Origin: an uncultured Candidatus Rokubacteria bacterium
Lineage (GTDB): Bacteria; Methylomirabilota; Methylomirabilia; Rokubacteriales; DASRDR01
DNA: 64,000 bases
NCBI GenBank assembly: GCA_963805625.1
Contig: CAWDVE010000010.1
Location: 608,001-672,000, forward strand
Direction: 5' to 3'
Shown here: positions 1 through 9,391 of the stretch, one piece after another
How the letters are laid out: each line of letters starts with the position of its first letter
How positions within the stretch are numbered: the stretch's first letter is position 1
Program-made: the position numbers and the translations under genes
Notes under the pieces: model-generated
Database searches by the model: none
What the model was told of the DNA's origin: nothing
Seen by the model: the letters and a program-made list of their open reading frames with translations, nothing else

Positions 1-1178
1 CTCGTGAAGTAGAGGGCGTACCGCGGCACCACGACCCGAGCCAAGCGAGGCGGTCGGAGCTGCACGGCGAGCGGTATCTCGATCCCCGCCCGTCCATCGA
101 GAGCGACCGTGATCAGGACATCGTCGCCAGTCGCGGCCGGTCCGACCTCGAGCTGCTCGAACGCGAGCGGGCGGAAGGTCGCGTGGACCGGGCGTCGAGC
201 CGCGACCTCGGCCCATGCTCGGAAAAGCGTCACGCTCCGCGGAGCCGGCTCGAGCTCGAGCGATGCCCCGGGTGGAACCGGGCGCGCGGCCTCGCCCCCC
301 GCCGCGTAGGCGAGGCTGACGGGCGCGCCGGATGGCGCCGCGCCGCGAAATGCGCGCAGCTCGACGCGGAGCAGCCGGACCCCGGGCGCACCGGTCACCG
401 CGTAGCGCACCTCCCGCCGAAGCTCCGTCCGGCTGTCGTCGTAGCGCGCGGTGGCGGTCGTGGCCGCCATCGGCACCCCGCCTCCCAGGACGCGTACCAG
501 TGCTTCGACGGCGGCGCTGGCGGCCGCGAGATCCTCCCGTACGGGGCGGAGCGACACGTGGGCCATGGCGGCGGGATCGGCCGCCCGCAGGACGGAAGCC
601 GCCTCGCTCCCGTCTCTGGCAGTCCCGAGCCGCCGGTCCAGCTCGACCAGGTAGGCCGAAACGGCCGCGCGCCGAGCCTCGAGGTCGCGGAATTCCGCGG
701 CGGCCAGGGTGCGGGCCAGCCGCCGCGTAGCCGCCTCCACGGCCGCCGCCTCGCGCGGCGCGTCGCCGCGCAGCGGGTTGAGCCGCCGCGAGAGCGCGAT
801 CATGGCTCCGGCGCGCTGCTCGAGCTCCGATCCGGTCAGGCGGAGCTCGTCCCGCGTGAGCTCGGCGAGCCGGGCTCGGGCGGCCAGCAGGTGTGGATCT
901 CCCGTGACGGTCGAGAACGTCAGGCGCGGCTCACCCCATACCGGGACCCAGCCCCTCTCGTACGAGACGGGGATCGGGGGCGCGAACCACCCGAGCCGGC
1001 CACCCCAGACCAGCAGAGCCGCGCTCGCCAGGAGCACGAGTACCGCGGCCATGCGCAGCCGGCGCCGCAGGAGCAGCACGGCCACGAGCGCCACCACCCA
1101 GAGCACCCCAAGGGCCAGATCCAGGGCGCTCGCGGTCAGCACGAGGCCCAGGAGGGCCGCGACGGCGACCGTCCTCAC
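1..1178 (-). CDS. hypothetical membrane-anchored protein, 3' end runs off the window edge
   Basis: GTG at 1178 overlaps the upstream gene's stop (GTGA). The frame reads VRTVAVAALLGLVLTASALDLALGVLWVVALVAVLLL... with hydrophobic N-terminal helices and stays open to the window start. It is absent from the ORF track because it has no stop inside the window. Confidence 0.7.
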   Translation of the reverse strand, partial: MRTVAVAALLGLVLTASALDLALGVLWVVALVAVLLLRRRLRMAAVLVLLASAALLVWGGRLGWFAPPIPVSYERGWVPVWGEPRLTFSTVTGDPHLLAARARLAELTRDELRLTGSELEQRAGAMIALSRRLNPLRGDAPREAAAVEAATRRLARTLAAAEFRDLEARRAAVSAYLVELDRRLGTARDGSEAASVLRAADPAAMAHVSLRPVREDLAAASAAVEALVRVLGGGVPMAATTATARYDDSRTELRREVRYAVTGAPGVRLLRVELRAFRGAAPSGAPVSLAYAAGGEAARPVPPGASLELEPAPRSVTLFRAWAEVAARRPVHATFRPLAFEQLEVGPAATGDDVLITVALDGRAGIEIPLAVQLRPPRLARVVVPRYALYFT

Positions 1179-1792
1179 GCCGACGGTGCGTCCTCCGCTC
1201 GGCGGAGACGAACGACGGTCGCCCCCCACCCGCCCCGCGTTGGTGGTGCGTCGGCGAACCCCGCCACACCGGGGGCCTCGGCGAGGAGGCGCCGGATGAT
1301 CGCCCGCTGGACGCCCCGGCCCCGGCCGTGAACGATCCGCACCTCGCCGACGCCGGCCCGGCGGGCCTCGTCGAGATAGTCGCTCACCACCCTCGACGTC
1401 TCCTCCGGCCGGAAGGTGTGGAGATCGAGGACGTCCGTCAGCGGAAGAGCGACTGCCACGAGAGCGACGCCGTCCCCTGGCTCGACCGAGCCGGCTTCGA
1501 GCACATCGGCCGGGACGGCGCCGCTCGCACTGGCCTCCAGCAGCCCACCAGGCGTGCCCTCCGAAGAAACGCGTGGCTCACCCGCCGCGTCTGGCGCGAG
1601 CAGCTCGACGATCGCGGTCTCGCCAATTCGCAGCCGCGTTCCGACGGGCAGGTCCGCGATGGGCAGCCCGTCGATCACGATGAACCCCGCCAGCCGGCCA
1701 CGCTCGAGCCGATGGGCACCCGTGGTTTCGAGACCGCGCCCCCCGATCCTCACAGCGACGACGCGGCCGGCCGGCGGGGTCGCATCCAGCAC
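1175..1792 (-). CDS. MOSC-like domain fused to an Smr (MutS2 C-terminal) endonuclease domain
   Basis: C-terminal part of ORF 1175..3148. Smr motifs LDLH and RIVHGRGRG...GGWGATVVRL; MOSC-like DLPVGTRLRIG...VLEAGSVEPGD. TATAGT lies 6 nt upstream of GTG 1792. Confidence 0.75.
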   Translation of the reverse strand: MLDATPPAGRVVAVRIGGRGLETTGAHRLERGRLAGFIVIDGLPIADLPVGTRLRIGETAIVELLAPDAAGEPRVSSEGTPGGLLEASASGAVPADVLEAGSVEPGDGVALVAVALPLTDVLDLHTFRPEETSRVVSDYLDEARRAGVGEVRIVHGRGRGVQRAIIRRLLAEAPGVAGFADAPPTRGGWGATVVRLRRAEDAPSA

Positions 1793-2269
1793 GGTCCTAC
1801 TATACCGTTCGCCTCGCCGGCCCTTCGCAGTCACGGCGATCGCCCCGTGTCGAGGTCCACCCCGCGATGACCTGCGCGACTTCCCTCTGCGCGCGCTCCC
1901 GAGCCACATCGCGGATGCGACGGGGTTACGGCGCGCTGTGGCGACGAACCCTCGGGCCCGAAGAGTTCCGACAGGCTGGGCGTGGCCCGCGCTCGTGTTC
2001 ACCAGACATCCCCGGTTCCCCTCCATTCCGACCCCCGTGCACTCGCCCGGGGACTGGCCGCGGGCCTGGAGACCAGCGCCCCGGCAAGCAAACCCCGTCG
2101 ATGACGACGGTGGTCGGCCTGTTCGTGGTCGGCCTCCTCCTCCCGCTCGCGCGGGACCTCGGGTCGCTTGCCGGTGAGAGAGAGCCGTGCCTCTTCCCGA
2201 CCCTACCAAGGTCGAGTCCCCGACACCAGCCGGGACGGGATTCCAACGACCTTGGTCTAGAATGGCGGC

Positions 2270-4123
2270 GTGGCCACCGTCTCCGTGACGTTTCTGCCGG
2301 TTCGCCGGACGGTCGCCGTCGAGCCCGGCACCGTCCTGCTCCGCGCGGCGCACGCCCAGGGAGTGGACGTCACGGCCACCTGCGGCGGGCGCGGCCGATG
2401 CACGTCCTGTCGGGTGAAGGTCGTCGAGGGCGTGGCCCCACCCGGCACGATCGGCGACCAGCTTCAGCTCGGCAACGACCTGGTGCGTGAGGGATACCGC
2501 CTCTCCTGCCAGCTGGTGCCGATGGAGCCGCTCGTCGTCCAGGTCGCGCCACCCCTCGACGAGCGCGCGTTCCAGATCCTGGGCGTCGAGCCGGGTGCGG
2601 TCGTCCGAGCGCAGGTGGCCATGGACGCCGGGATCCGCAAGAAGGTGGTCCGGGTCGAGCTGCCGCAGGAGGAGCACCACCAGACCTCGGATCTGGAGCA
2701 GCTCGCGCTGGCGGCCGGCCTCGCGCCCGAGGACGTCCCCCTCGACGTGATCCGCACGCTCCCGGCCACGCTCCGCGAGGGCAAGGGCGAGGTGACGGTC
2801 GTAACGTTCCTGGGCGCGCCCCTCGGCGTCGAGCGCGGCGACACGACCGCGATGGCGTTCGGGGTCGCGATCGACGTCGGCACGACGAGCGTGGTCACCA
2901 CGCTCCTCGAGCTCGCCTCGGGCGAGGTGATGGCCTCGGTCTCGAGCCTGAACCCCCAGGCGACGTTCGGTGGCGACCTGATGTCCCGGATCGCCTTCGC
3001 CCAGTGGAACCCGTCGAATCTGCGGAAGCTCCAGAGTCGCATCATCGGGCTCCTGAACCAGCAGGTCGACGAGCTCCTGGGACGCACCGGCGTGCTGCCC
3101 CAGTGGATCTACAAGGTGACCGTCGTCGGCAACACGTGCATGCATCACGTGCTGCTGGGCATCGATCCCACGTACGTGGGCCTGTCGCCCTATTCAGCCG
3201 TCGTCCGGCATCCGCTCGTGCTGCCGGCGCGGACCCTCCATCTCAAGGTGAACCCCGAGGCGCGCGTCTGCTTCCTGCCCATCGTGGCCGGATTCGTCGG
3301 CGCGGACGCCGTGGGCGCGGTCCTCGCCACCCGCCTCGACGAGAGCGTCAGCGTGCGTGCCGTTGTCGACATCGGGACCAACGGGGAGGTGGTGATGGGA
3401 ACGCGGGAGCGGCTGATGGCGTGCTCCGCCCCGGCAGGCCCGGCGCTCGAGGGCGCGCAGATCCGTCACGGGATGCGGGGAGCCGTCGGGGCCATCGACC
3501 GGGTCTGGGTCGAGGACGGGGACCTGCGCTTCCACGTGATCGGCGATGGTGCGCCCCAGGGCATCTGCGGCTCGGGGCTCATCGACGCGGTCGCGGCCGC
3601 GCTCGACATCGGTCTGGTCGACTGGACCGGGCTCATCCAGATCGAGCGGCGCGACCGTTTCCCCGCGGCGCTGGCGGCACGGCTCGCCGAGCGCGGCGAG
3701 GAGCGCCTTCTGATCCTCGCGCCCCCGGGGAAGGCCGCAGGCGGCGGGGAGATCGTCCTGACGCAGGACGACGTTCGACAGCTCCAGCTCGCCAAGGGCG
3801 CGATCGGCGGCGGGATCAGGATGCTCCAGCACGTCCTGGGGGCCCCGGACGAGGCCCTCACGGACCTGATGCTGGCGGGCGGGTTCGGCAACTACCTCTC
3901 GATCCGGAGCGCCGTGCGGATCGGACTGATTCCTCCGCTGGCGCTCGATCGCATCCGCTACGTGGGCAACGCCGCCGCGCTGGGGGCCCAGCTCGCGCTC
4001 GTTTCCGAGGTGGAGCGCGCCCGCGCGGGGCGGCTCGCCCGCTCGATCGAGCACCTGTCGCTCGCGACCCACCCCGACTTCCAGGACCTGTTCGTGGACG
4101 CCATGAACTTCCCGAAGGCGTGA
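2270..4123 (+). CDS. 2Fe-2S/ASKHA-domain reductive activator of corrinoid proteins (RACo/DUF4445 family)
   Basis: CGGRGRCTSC...RLSC ferredoxin motif; DVGTT, DIGTNGE, GPALEG, GICGSG and LAGGFG motifs. Confidence 0.92.
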   Translation: MATVSVTFLPVRRTVAVEPGTVLLRAAHAQGVDVTATCGGRGRCTSCRVKVVEGVAPPGTIGDQLQLGNDLVREGYRLSCQLVPMEPLVVQVAPPLDERAFQILGVEPGAVVRAQVAMDAGIRKKVVRVELPQEEHHQTSDLEQLALAAGLAPEDVPLDVIRTLPATLREGKGEVTVVTFLGAPLGVERGDTTAMAFGVAIDVGTTSVVTTLLELASGEVMASVSSLNPQATFGGDLMSRIAFAQWNPSNLRKLQSRIIGLLNQQVDELLGRTGVLPQWIYKVTVVGNTCMHHVLLGIDPTYVGLSPYSAVVRHPLVLPARTLHLKVNPEARVCFLPIVAGFVGADAVGAVLATRLDESVSVRAVVDIGTNGEVVMGTRERLMACSAPAGPALEGAQIRHGMRGAVGAIDRVWVEDGDLRFHVIGDGAPQGICGSGLIDAVAAALDIGLVDWTGLIQIERRDRFPAALAARLAERGEERLLILAPPGKAAGGGEIVLTQDDVRQLQLAKGAIGGGIRMLQHVLGAPDEALTDLMLAGGFGNYLSIRSAVRIGLIPPLALDRIRYVGNAAALGAQLALVSEVERARAGRLARSIEHLSLATHPDFQDLFVDAMNFPKA

Positions 4124-4153
4124 GACCGCTCCGGCGCGCCAGCGGCACGCGGG

Positions 4154-5224
4154 TCAGCGGCCCACGTTGAAGCGGAAGTGGCAGACCTCGCCATCCTGGA
4201 CGGGATAGTCCTTGCCCTCGAGCCGGAGGAGGGCGCGCTTCCGGGCCTCGGCCAGTGATCCGACCTCGAGCAGCTCCGCCCACCCGATGACCTCCGCCCG
4301 GATGAAGCCGCGCGCGATGTCGGAGTGGATCGCCCCCGCGGCCTCGACGGCCGCCGCGCCGGCCGGAATCGTCCAGGCGCGTACCTCGTCCTCTCCCACC
4401 GTGAAGAAGCTGGCCAGGCCGAGGAGCGTGTAGGCGTCACGAATCACGCGGTGAAGCGCCGGCTCGGGCAGCCCCAGCGCGTCGAGGAAGCTCCGCTGCT
4501 CCTCGGGAGCGAGGGCGGCGACCTCGCCCTCGACCGCCGCCGAGACCCAGCCGACGAGAGTTCCGGGGCGCTTGCCCATCTCGTCCAGCTCGGACAGCGC
4601 CTTCGCGCGCCCGGCCACGCCGTCTTCGGCGAGGTTCAGGCAGTGGAGGATCGGCTTGAGCGACAGGAACTGAAACCCCCGGAGGAGCCGCCCTTCCTCC
4701 GCCGTCAGCTCCTGCGCGCGAAGTGGCACGCCCTCCTCGAGCGGTCGCTGCACCCGCACGAGGAGCGCGTGCTCGCGCTGCTCGGCATCGGTCGGCTTTC
4801 GCTTGAGCCCCGGGCCGAGCTTCTGGATCCGGCGCTCGACGACATCCAGGTCGGCGAGGATCAGCTCTTCTTCGAGCGCCTGGACCTCGCGCGCGGGCGA
4901 AGGCGCCGCGCCGAGTGCGGGCGACGGGAACGCTCTGACCACGTGCAGGAGCGCGTCGGCCTGCCGCAGCTCGCCCACGTCCAGGCTCGCGCGCTCCCCG
5001 CGATCGAAGCCCGCGAGATCCACCACCTCGACGCTCGCGTAGACCGTCTTTCGCGGCTGGAACAGCACCGCGAGCCGCGTCACGCGGTCGTCGGGGACGC
5101 GCACGACACCGACGTTGAGCCGCCCGCGGCCCGGCGGCAGGGCGACGCTCGCCTCCGCTCCGGTGAGGAGGTTGAACAGCGTGGTCTTTCCGCTGCCAGG
5201 GAATCCGATGATGCCGAGTCTCAC
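4154..5224 (-). CDS. ychF: redox-regulated ATPase YchF (OBG family)
   Basis: LGIIGFPGSGKTTLFN, VDLAG, FFTVGEDEVRAW, IHSDIARGFIRAEV, RLEGKDY..DGEVCHFRFN. Confidence 0.95.
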   Translation of the reverse strand: MRLGIIGFPGSGKTTLFNLLTGAEASVALPPGRGRLNVGVVRVPDDRVTRLAVLFQPRKTVYASVEVVDLAGFDRGERASLDVGELRQADALLHVVRAFPSPALGAAPSPAREVQALEEELILADLDVVERRIQKLGPGLKRKPTDAEQREHALLVRVQRPLEEGVPLRAQELTAEEGRLLRGFQFLSLKPILHCLNLAEDGVAGRAKALSELDEMGKRPGTLVGWVSAAVEGEVAALAPEEQRSFLDALGLPEPALHRVIRDAYTLLGLASFFTVGEDEVRAWTIPAGAAAVEAAGAIHSDIARGFIRAEVIGWAELLEVGSLAEARKRALLRLEGKDYPVQDGEVCHFRFNVGR

Positions 5225-5232
5225 GACGACCG

Positions 5233-5242
5233 AGTGTACACT
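5233..5242. promoter_or_regulatory. palindromic bidirectional -10 element (AGTGTACACT)
   Basis: Perfect palindrome that gives TACACT on both strands, in the 28-bp gap between divergent ychF and DMT starts. Confidence 0.6.
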
Positions 5243-5252
5243 GCCTTGGCTC

Positions 5253-6212
5253 ATGGCGCCCCCGACCCAGGCCCCCCGGGATCTCGACGCCGGCGCCATC
5301 GCCCTGGTGCTGCTGCTCTCCGCGCTGTGGGGCGGGAACACCGTGGCGGTCAAGGTCGGCGTGGCGGACTCGCCGCCCCTCATGCTGGCGGCCCTCCGGT
5401 TCGCGATCGGCGGCGCGTGCGTCGTCGGCTGGGGTCTCTGGACGCGCGCGCCGTTCCGACTCCAGGCCGGTGAAGGCTGGCCGCTCCTCGGGCTGGGTCT
5501 CCTGTTCGCCATCCAGCTCGGCCTCCTGAACGTGGGCGTCTGGCTGTCGACGGCGGGGCACGCCTCCGTGCTCCTGAACGCATACCCGGTCTACATCGTC
5601 CTCTTGGCCCACTTCCTCGTCCCCGGCGACCGGCTGACAGTTGCGACGCTCGGAGGCGTCGTGCTCGGCTTCGCCGGAATCCTCGTGCTCTTCGCCGGCC
5701 AGCTCCTGGCGCCGCCGGAGCCCGGCTCCACGGTCCTCGCGGGGGACGTGGTCCTATCGGTGAGCGCGGTCCTCCTCTCGCTCCGCCAGGTCATCCTCAA
5801 TCGCCAGCTCCAGCGCATCCACCCGGTCAAGCCGCTCCTCGCGCAGGTCGTCGTGGGGACGCCGCTGTTCCTTCTCCTCTCGTGGGGGCTCGAATCCGCG
5901 CCCACGGTCCTCACCTGGCGGCTCGGCGCCTCGCTCCTCTATCAGGGTGTCGTGATCGCGGGATTCAACTTCATCGCGAACATGTCGCTCCTCAAGACGT
6001 ACCGGCCCAGCGGACTGGCGGCGTTCAACCTGACGACCCCGCTCTTCGGCGTTCTCGCCACGGCTCTGGTCATCGGCGAGCCCATCGGCTGGCGGCTCGC
6101 CGGCTCGGCGCTCCTCGTGGCCGGCGGGATTGCGTTCGCCACGCTCTTGCGAGACCGCGCGTTCACCGCGCGCAGCGGCGCCCCTCGCCCCATCCCGGGC
6201 AGAATCCGGTAA
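5253..6212 (+). CDS. DMT/EamA family transporter
   Basis: About 10 hydrophobic helices; LWGGN..VKVG, AALRF, TPLFGV, GEPIG motifs. Confidence 0.9.
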   Translation: MAPPTQAPRDLDAGAIALVLLLSALWGGNTVAVKVGVADSPPLMLAALRFAIGGACVVGWGLWTRAPFRLQAGEGWPLLGLGLLFAIQLGLLNVGVWLSTAGHASVLLNAYPVYIVLLAHFLVPGDRLTVATLGGVVLGFAGILVLFAGQLLAPPEPGSTVLAGDVVLSVSAVLLSLRQVILNRQLQRIHPVKPLLAQVVVGTPLFLLLSWGLESAPTVLTWRLGASLLYQGVVIAGFNFIANMSLLKTYRPSGLAAFNLTTPLFGVLATALVIGEPIGWRLAGSALLVAGGIAFATLLRDRAFTARSGAPRPIPGRIR

Positions 6213-6229
6213 GGGACGCGGGTAGACGC

Positions 6230-7525
6230 GTGTCGCCCTCACGGCGGTCGTCCCGATCGGCTGCGCGGCTCATTCTCCTCGGGATCCTCGCCGCCGCATC
6301 CATCGCCTCCGTCGCCTCCGGGCAGGCCCTCGTGCCGCCGGAGCTCAGGGCAGAGGCCGCGCGTCTCCTGAAGGACCTCGCGGCCCTCCGCGGACTGCCG
6401 CCTCCCGGCAGCCCCCCTCCGCTCGTCATCCAGACCAGCGAGCAGCGCCGCCGGTTTGTCGTCGCCGAGCTGGCCCGGAAACACTCCCCTGCGCGCCTGG
6501 ACGCGGAGCGGCGCGCGCTCGTCGCCTGGGGACTCGTCCCCGCCGACTTCGACCTACCCGCCTTCCTGGCGGACCTCCTCGCGGAGCAGGCTGCCGCGTA
6601 CTACGATCCCGGGGCGAAGCGGATGGTTCTCGCGAACTGGCTGACACCCGAGCTGCGGCGCGACGCGCTCACCCATGAACTGGTTCACGTTCTCCAGGAC
6701 CGGCTCGTCGATCTCGATCGGTTCCTGGGTGCCTCGCCCGGACGGAGCGACGAAAGCGTCGCCCGTCACGCGCTGGTCGAGGGCGAGGCCGTCGCCTTGT
6801 CGCACGAGCTGAGCCTCCGCCGGGAGGGGCGCGACTTCGCCGCGCTGCCGGACGTTGCCGACCTTCAGCGCGCCATCCGCACGTCGGCCACCGGCCCGGT
6901 CGTGGCGCGGGCGCCCGCCTACATCCGGACCATGCTCACGTTTCCGTACGCGGCGGGTGTGGCCTTCGTTCACGCTTTCCGGCAGCGCCACCCGTGGGCG
7001 CAGCTGTCGGCGCTCTATCCGGATCCACCCCGATCCTCTTCGCAGATCCTCCACCCCGAGCGCTATCTCGACCGGCGAGAGGACCCGGTGCCGCTCCCCC
7101 TCCCCGACCTCGCCACCGTCCTCCCGAGCGGTTCACGGTTGGCGTTCGAGGACGAGCTGGGCGAGATCGGTCTGGCGGAGGTCCTCCGCCGATTCCTGGG
7201 TGAGTCGGCCCAAGCCGTCGGCTGGCGAGGCGACCGCCATGCCCTGTGGGACCTCCCGACGGGCGCCTCCGTCCTCGTCGCGCTCACGGCGTGGGACACG
7301 GAGGACCTCGCTCTGGCCTTCGCGCGCGACTACGCGCGGGTGATGGCCCTCAAGCACGGTCTCGCGCCGCTCTCCCCGGACGCCCCGCTCCTCGCGTGGT
7401 CCAGCGGACCCGCGGCCTTCGCGATCGAGCGCCGCCATCGCACCGTCGTTCTCCTCGAGTGGGCGCCGACGTCCACACTCGATGCCCTCCGGGCGGCCAT
7501 CTGGGCGAAGCCGATGCTATACTGA
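6230..7525 (+). CDS. secreted protein with a zincin-like HExxH motif
   Basis: Signal-like N-terminus; AAYYDP, LTHELVHVLQD, ALVEGEA, FPYAAG, SSSQILHPERY. Confidence 0.75.
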   Translation: MSPSRRSSRSAARLILLGILAAASIASVASGQALVPPELRAEAARLLKDLAALRGLPPPGSPPPLVIQTSEQRRRFVVAELARKHSPARLDAERRALVAWGLVPADFDLPAFLADLLAEQAAAYYDPGAKRMVLANWLTPELRRDALTHELVHVLQDRLVDLDRFLGASPGRSDESVARHALVEGEAVALSHELSLRREGRDFAALPDVADLQRAIRTSATGPVVARAPAYIRTMLTFPYAAGVAFVHAFRQRHPWAQLSALYPDPPRSSSQILHPERYLDRREDPVPLPLPDLATVLPSGSRLAFEDELGEIGLAEVLRRFLGESAQAVGWRGDRHALWDLPTGASVLVALTAWDTEDLALAFARDYARVMALKHGLAPLSPDAPLLAWSSGPAAFAIERRHRTVVLLEWAPTSTLDALRAAIWAKPMLY

Positions 7526-7535
7526 CGGCCGCGCG

Positions 7536-7985
7536 ATGCCGAGCGCTCCATCGAAGGCTCTCCAGCGGGTTCCCAATCCCCACGTCGACCGGGACTACGA
7601 GGTGGACCACGTGGTCTCCGAGTTCACGTGCATATGCCCGATGACCGGCCAGCCCGATTTCGCCACCATCCGGATCCGGTACGTCCCCGACCGCTGGCTG
7701 GTCGAGCTGAAATCCTTGAAGCTCTACATGTGGGCCTACCGGAACGAGGGCACGTTCCACGAGGACGTAACCAACCGCATCCTCGTCGACCTCGTGCGGA
7801 CGCTCGCGCCCCGCCGGATGGAGGTCATCGGCGACTGGAACGTCCGGGGCGGGATCAAGACCGTCGTCACGGTGCGGTACGAGAGTCCATCGCGGCCCGG
7901 AGCCGGCCACCTTGATCGGGAAGGACCGCCCTCAACCGCCCGGCGCCGGCAGCCCGCGCGGGCGCCTCTCCGAAAAGCGCGCTGA
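7536..7985 (+). CDS. queF: NADPH-dependent preQ0 reductase QueF (type I)
   Basis: EFTCICPMTGQPDFA, VELKSLKLY, FHEDVTNRI, VRGGI. Confidence 0.95.
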   Translation: MPSAPSKALQRVPNPHVDRDYEVDHVVSEFTCICPMTGQPDFATIRIRYVPDRWLVELKSLKLYMWAYRNEGTFHEDVTNRILVDLVRTLAPRRMEVIGDWNVRGGIKTVVTVRYESPSRPGAGHLDREGPPSTARRRQPARAPLRKAR

Positions 7986-8017
7986 CGCCAGGCGGGCGGC
8001 AGCGGCTCGCCTGCCCT

Positions 8018-8359
8018 CTACGACTCGGCGACCGTCACCCGGAGGCCGATCTCCGCGAGGACGCGACCGACCCGCTCGCACTCCGTCTTCGCACCCACCC
8101 GCACGACCGCCTTGCCGTCGTTGTGCACCCGGCCGGCGATCGCCATCCCATCGTCGTAGGAGCAGGCGATCGCCTTCATGAGCTGTCGCGCGACCTGCTC
8201 GAACGTGTGACAGTCGCAGTTCCAAAGGATGGTGATCCACGGCGGCTCGAGCGTCGTGGCATTCTCCGTCTCCTGCTCGACAACCGGGCGACTTTCCGAG
8301 ATCGCCGTGAGGCGTACGGAGGATTCGTAGCCAGGTGCCGGTTGACCCCGAGGGCTCAT
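8018..8359 (-). CDS. clpS: ATP-dependent Clp protease adaptor ClpS (Cys-rich variant)
   Basis: PWITILWNCDCHTFEQV...AGRVHNDGKAVV matches the ClpS pattern. The ATG overlaps the upstream stop (ATGA). Confidence 0.8.
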   Translation of the reverse strand: MSPRGQPAPGYESSVRLTAISESRPVVEQETENATTLEPPWITILWNCDCHTFEQVARQLMKAIACSYDDGMAIAGRVHNDGKAVVRVGAKTECERVGRVLAEIGLRVTVAES

Positions 8360-9384
8360 CCGGCCGAGCCATCCGGGAAGACTGCGACCTTGATGGACGC
8401 CGGATCCCGATGCGCCGCCAGAGCCGCGTCGATCGCCGCCAGCGGGAAGCGGTGGGTCAGGAGCGCTTCCACACGAATCTGGTCCGCGGCGAGGAGCGCC
8501 ACCGCCTCCCCGAACTCCTCGCGATAGATCATGGAGCCGCGAACGTCGATCTCGCGTCGGACGACCCAGAAGAACTCGACCCGAGAGGGGCCGTGCGGGA
8601 GCCCCGTCAGGACCACGCGACCTCCCGGCCGGACGAAACCGACCTGACCCACCGACAGCTCGACGGCCTCGACGGTCCCCGCCGTCTCGACGACGAGGTC
8701 GACGCCGTCTCGCCCGGCGAGGCGCCGCGCCGCGTCCGCGACCCTCTCCCCTGACCCGACCACCGTGGAATCCGCGCCCAGATCGCGAGCAATACCCAGC
8801 CGCCGATCCGTGCGCCCGACGACCAGTACCCGGCAGCCTCGCGCGCGCAGGAGCTGGAGGGCAAGCAGCCCGAGCGTCCCCGCCCCGACGACGGCCGCGG
8901 CCTCCCCTGGCCGCGGCGCCGCCCGGCCCACCGCGCGCGCCACCACCGCGAGCGGCTCGGCGAAGAGGAGCACGTCCGAGGCCAGTCCGACCGGCGCCGG
9001 CCAGCATGCTCCTTCCGGCAGGACCGCTAGCTCGGCGAAGCCGCCGTCCCGGTCGATGCCGACCGCCGTCCGCGCCAGGCAGAGGTTCCCGCTGCCCTCG
9101 CGGCAGAGGTCGCACGCGCCGCATCCCCAGTTCGGCTCGACCGCCACTCGGTCCCCGGGCGCGACGCGCGTGACGCCCGGCCCCACGGCCACGACGTCAC
9201 CGATGAACTCGTGTCCGGGGATCAGCGGGTACCGGACACGGCGCTCTCCCGTCCAGATCCGGTAGTCAGTGCCGCAGATCCCCGCCGCCCCGACCCGGAC
9301 GAGCGCCTCACCCACGCCAACGGTCGGATCCTGTACCGTCTCGAGACGGAAGGCGCGAGGTCCCGTGAGAACGGCTGCCTTCAT
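8356..9384 (-). CDS. Zn-dependent MDR alcohol dehydrogenase (threonine/sorbitol dehydrogenase-like)
   Basis: GICGTD, GHEF, CGACDLC-x7-C, VVGAGTLG. Confidence 0.92.
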   Translation of the reverse strand: MKAAVLTGPRAFRLETVQDPTVGVGEALVRVGAAGICGTDYRIWTGERRVRYPLIPGHEFIGDVVAVGPGVTRVAPGDRVAVEPNWGCGACDLCREGSGNLCLARTAVGIDRDGGFAELAVLPEGACWPAPVGLASDVLLFAEPLAVVARAVGRAAPRPGEAAAVVGAGTLGLLALQLLRARGCRVLVVGRTDRRLGIARDLGADSTVVGSGERVADAARRLAGRDGVDLVVETAGTVEAVELSVGQVGFVRPGGRVVLTGLPHGPSRVEFFWVVRREIDVRGSMIYREEFGEAVALLAADQIRVEALLTHRFPLAAIDAALAAHRDPASIKVAVFPDGSAG

Positions 9385-9391
9385 GACGTCC

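Noticed and set aside
1810-2200. Possible cobalamin riboswitch upstream of the RACo gene
   Set aside because: No B12-box or GGGAA core recognised, and the -10 box sits directly before the start codon, leaving no 5' UTR
1793-3148. N-terminal 450 aa of ORF 1175..3148 and the many other long overlapping ORFs in the track
   Set aside because: Antisense or off-frame shadows of real genes, expected at high GC; Arg/Pro/Gly-rich with no family motifs
7885-7985. Basic C-terminal extension on QueF
   Set aside because: Low-complexity tail most simply explained by stop-codon drift
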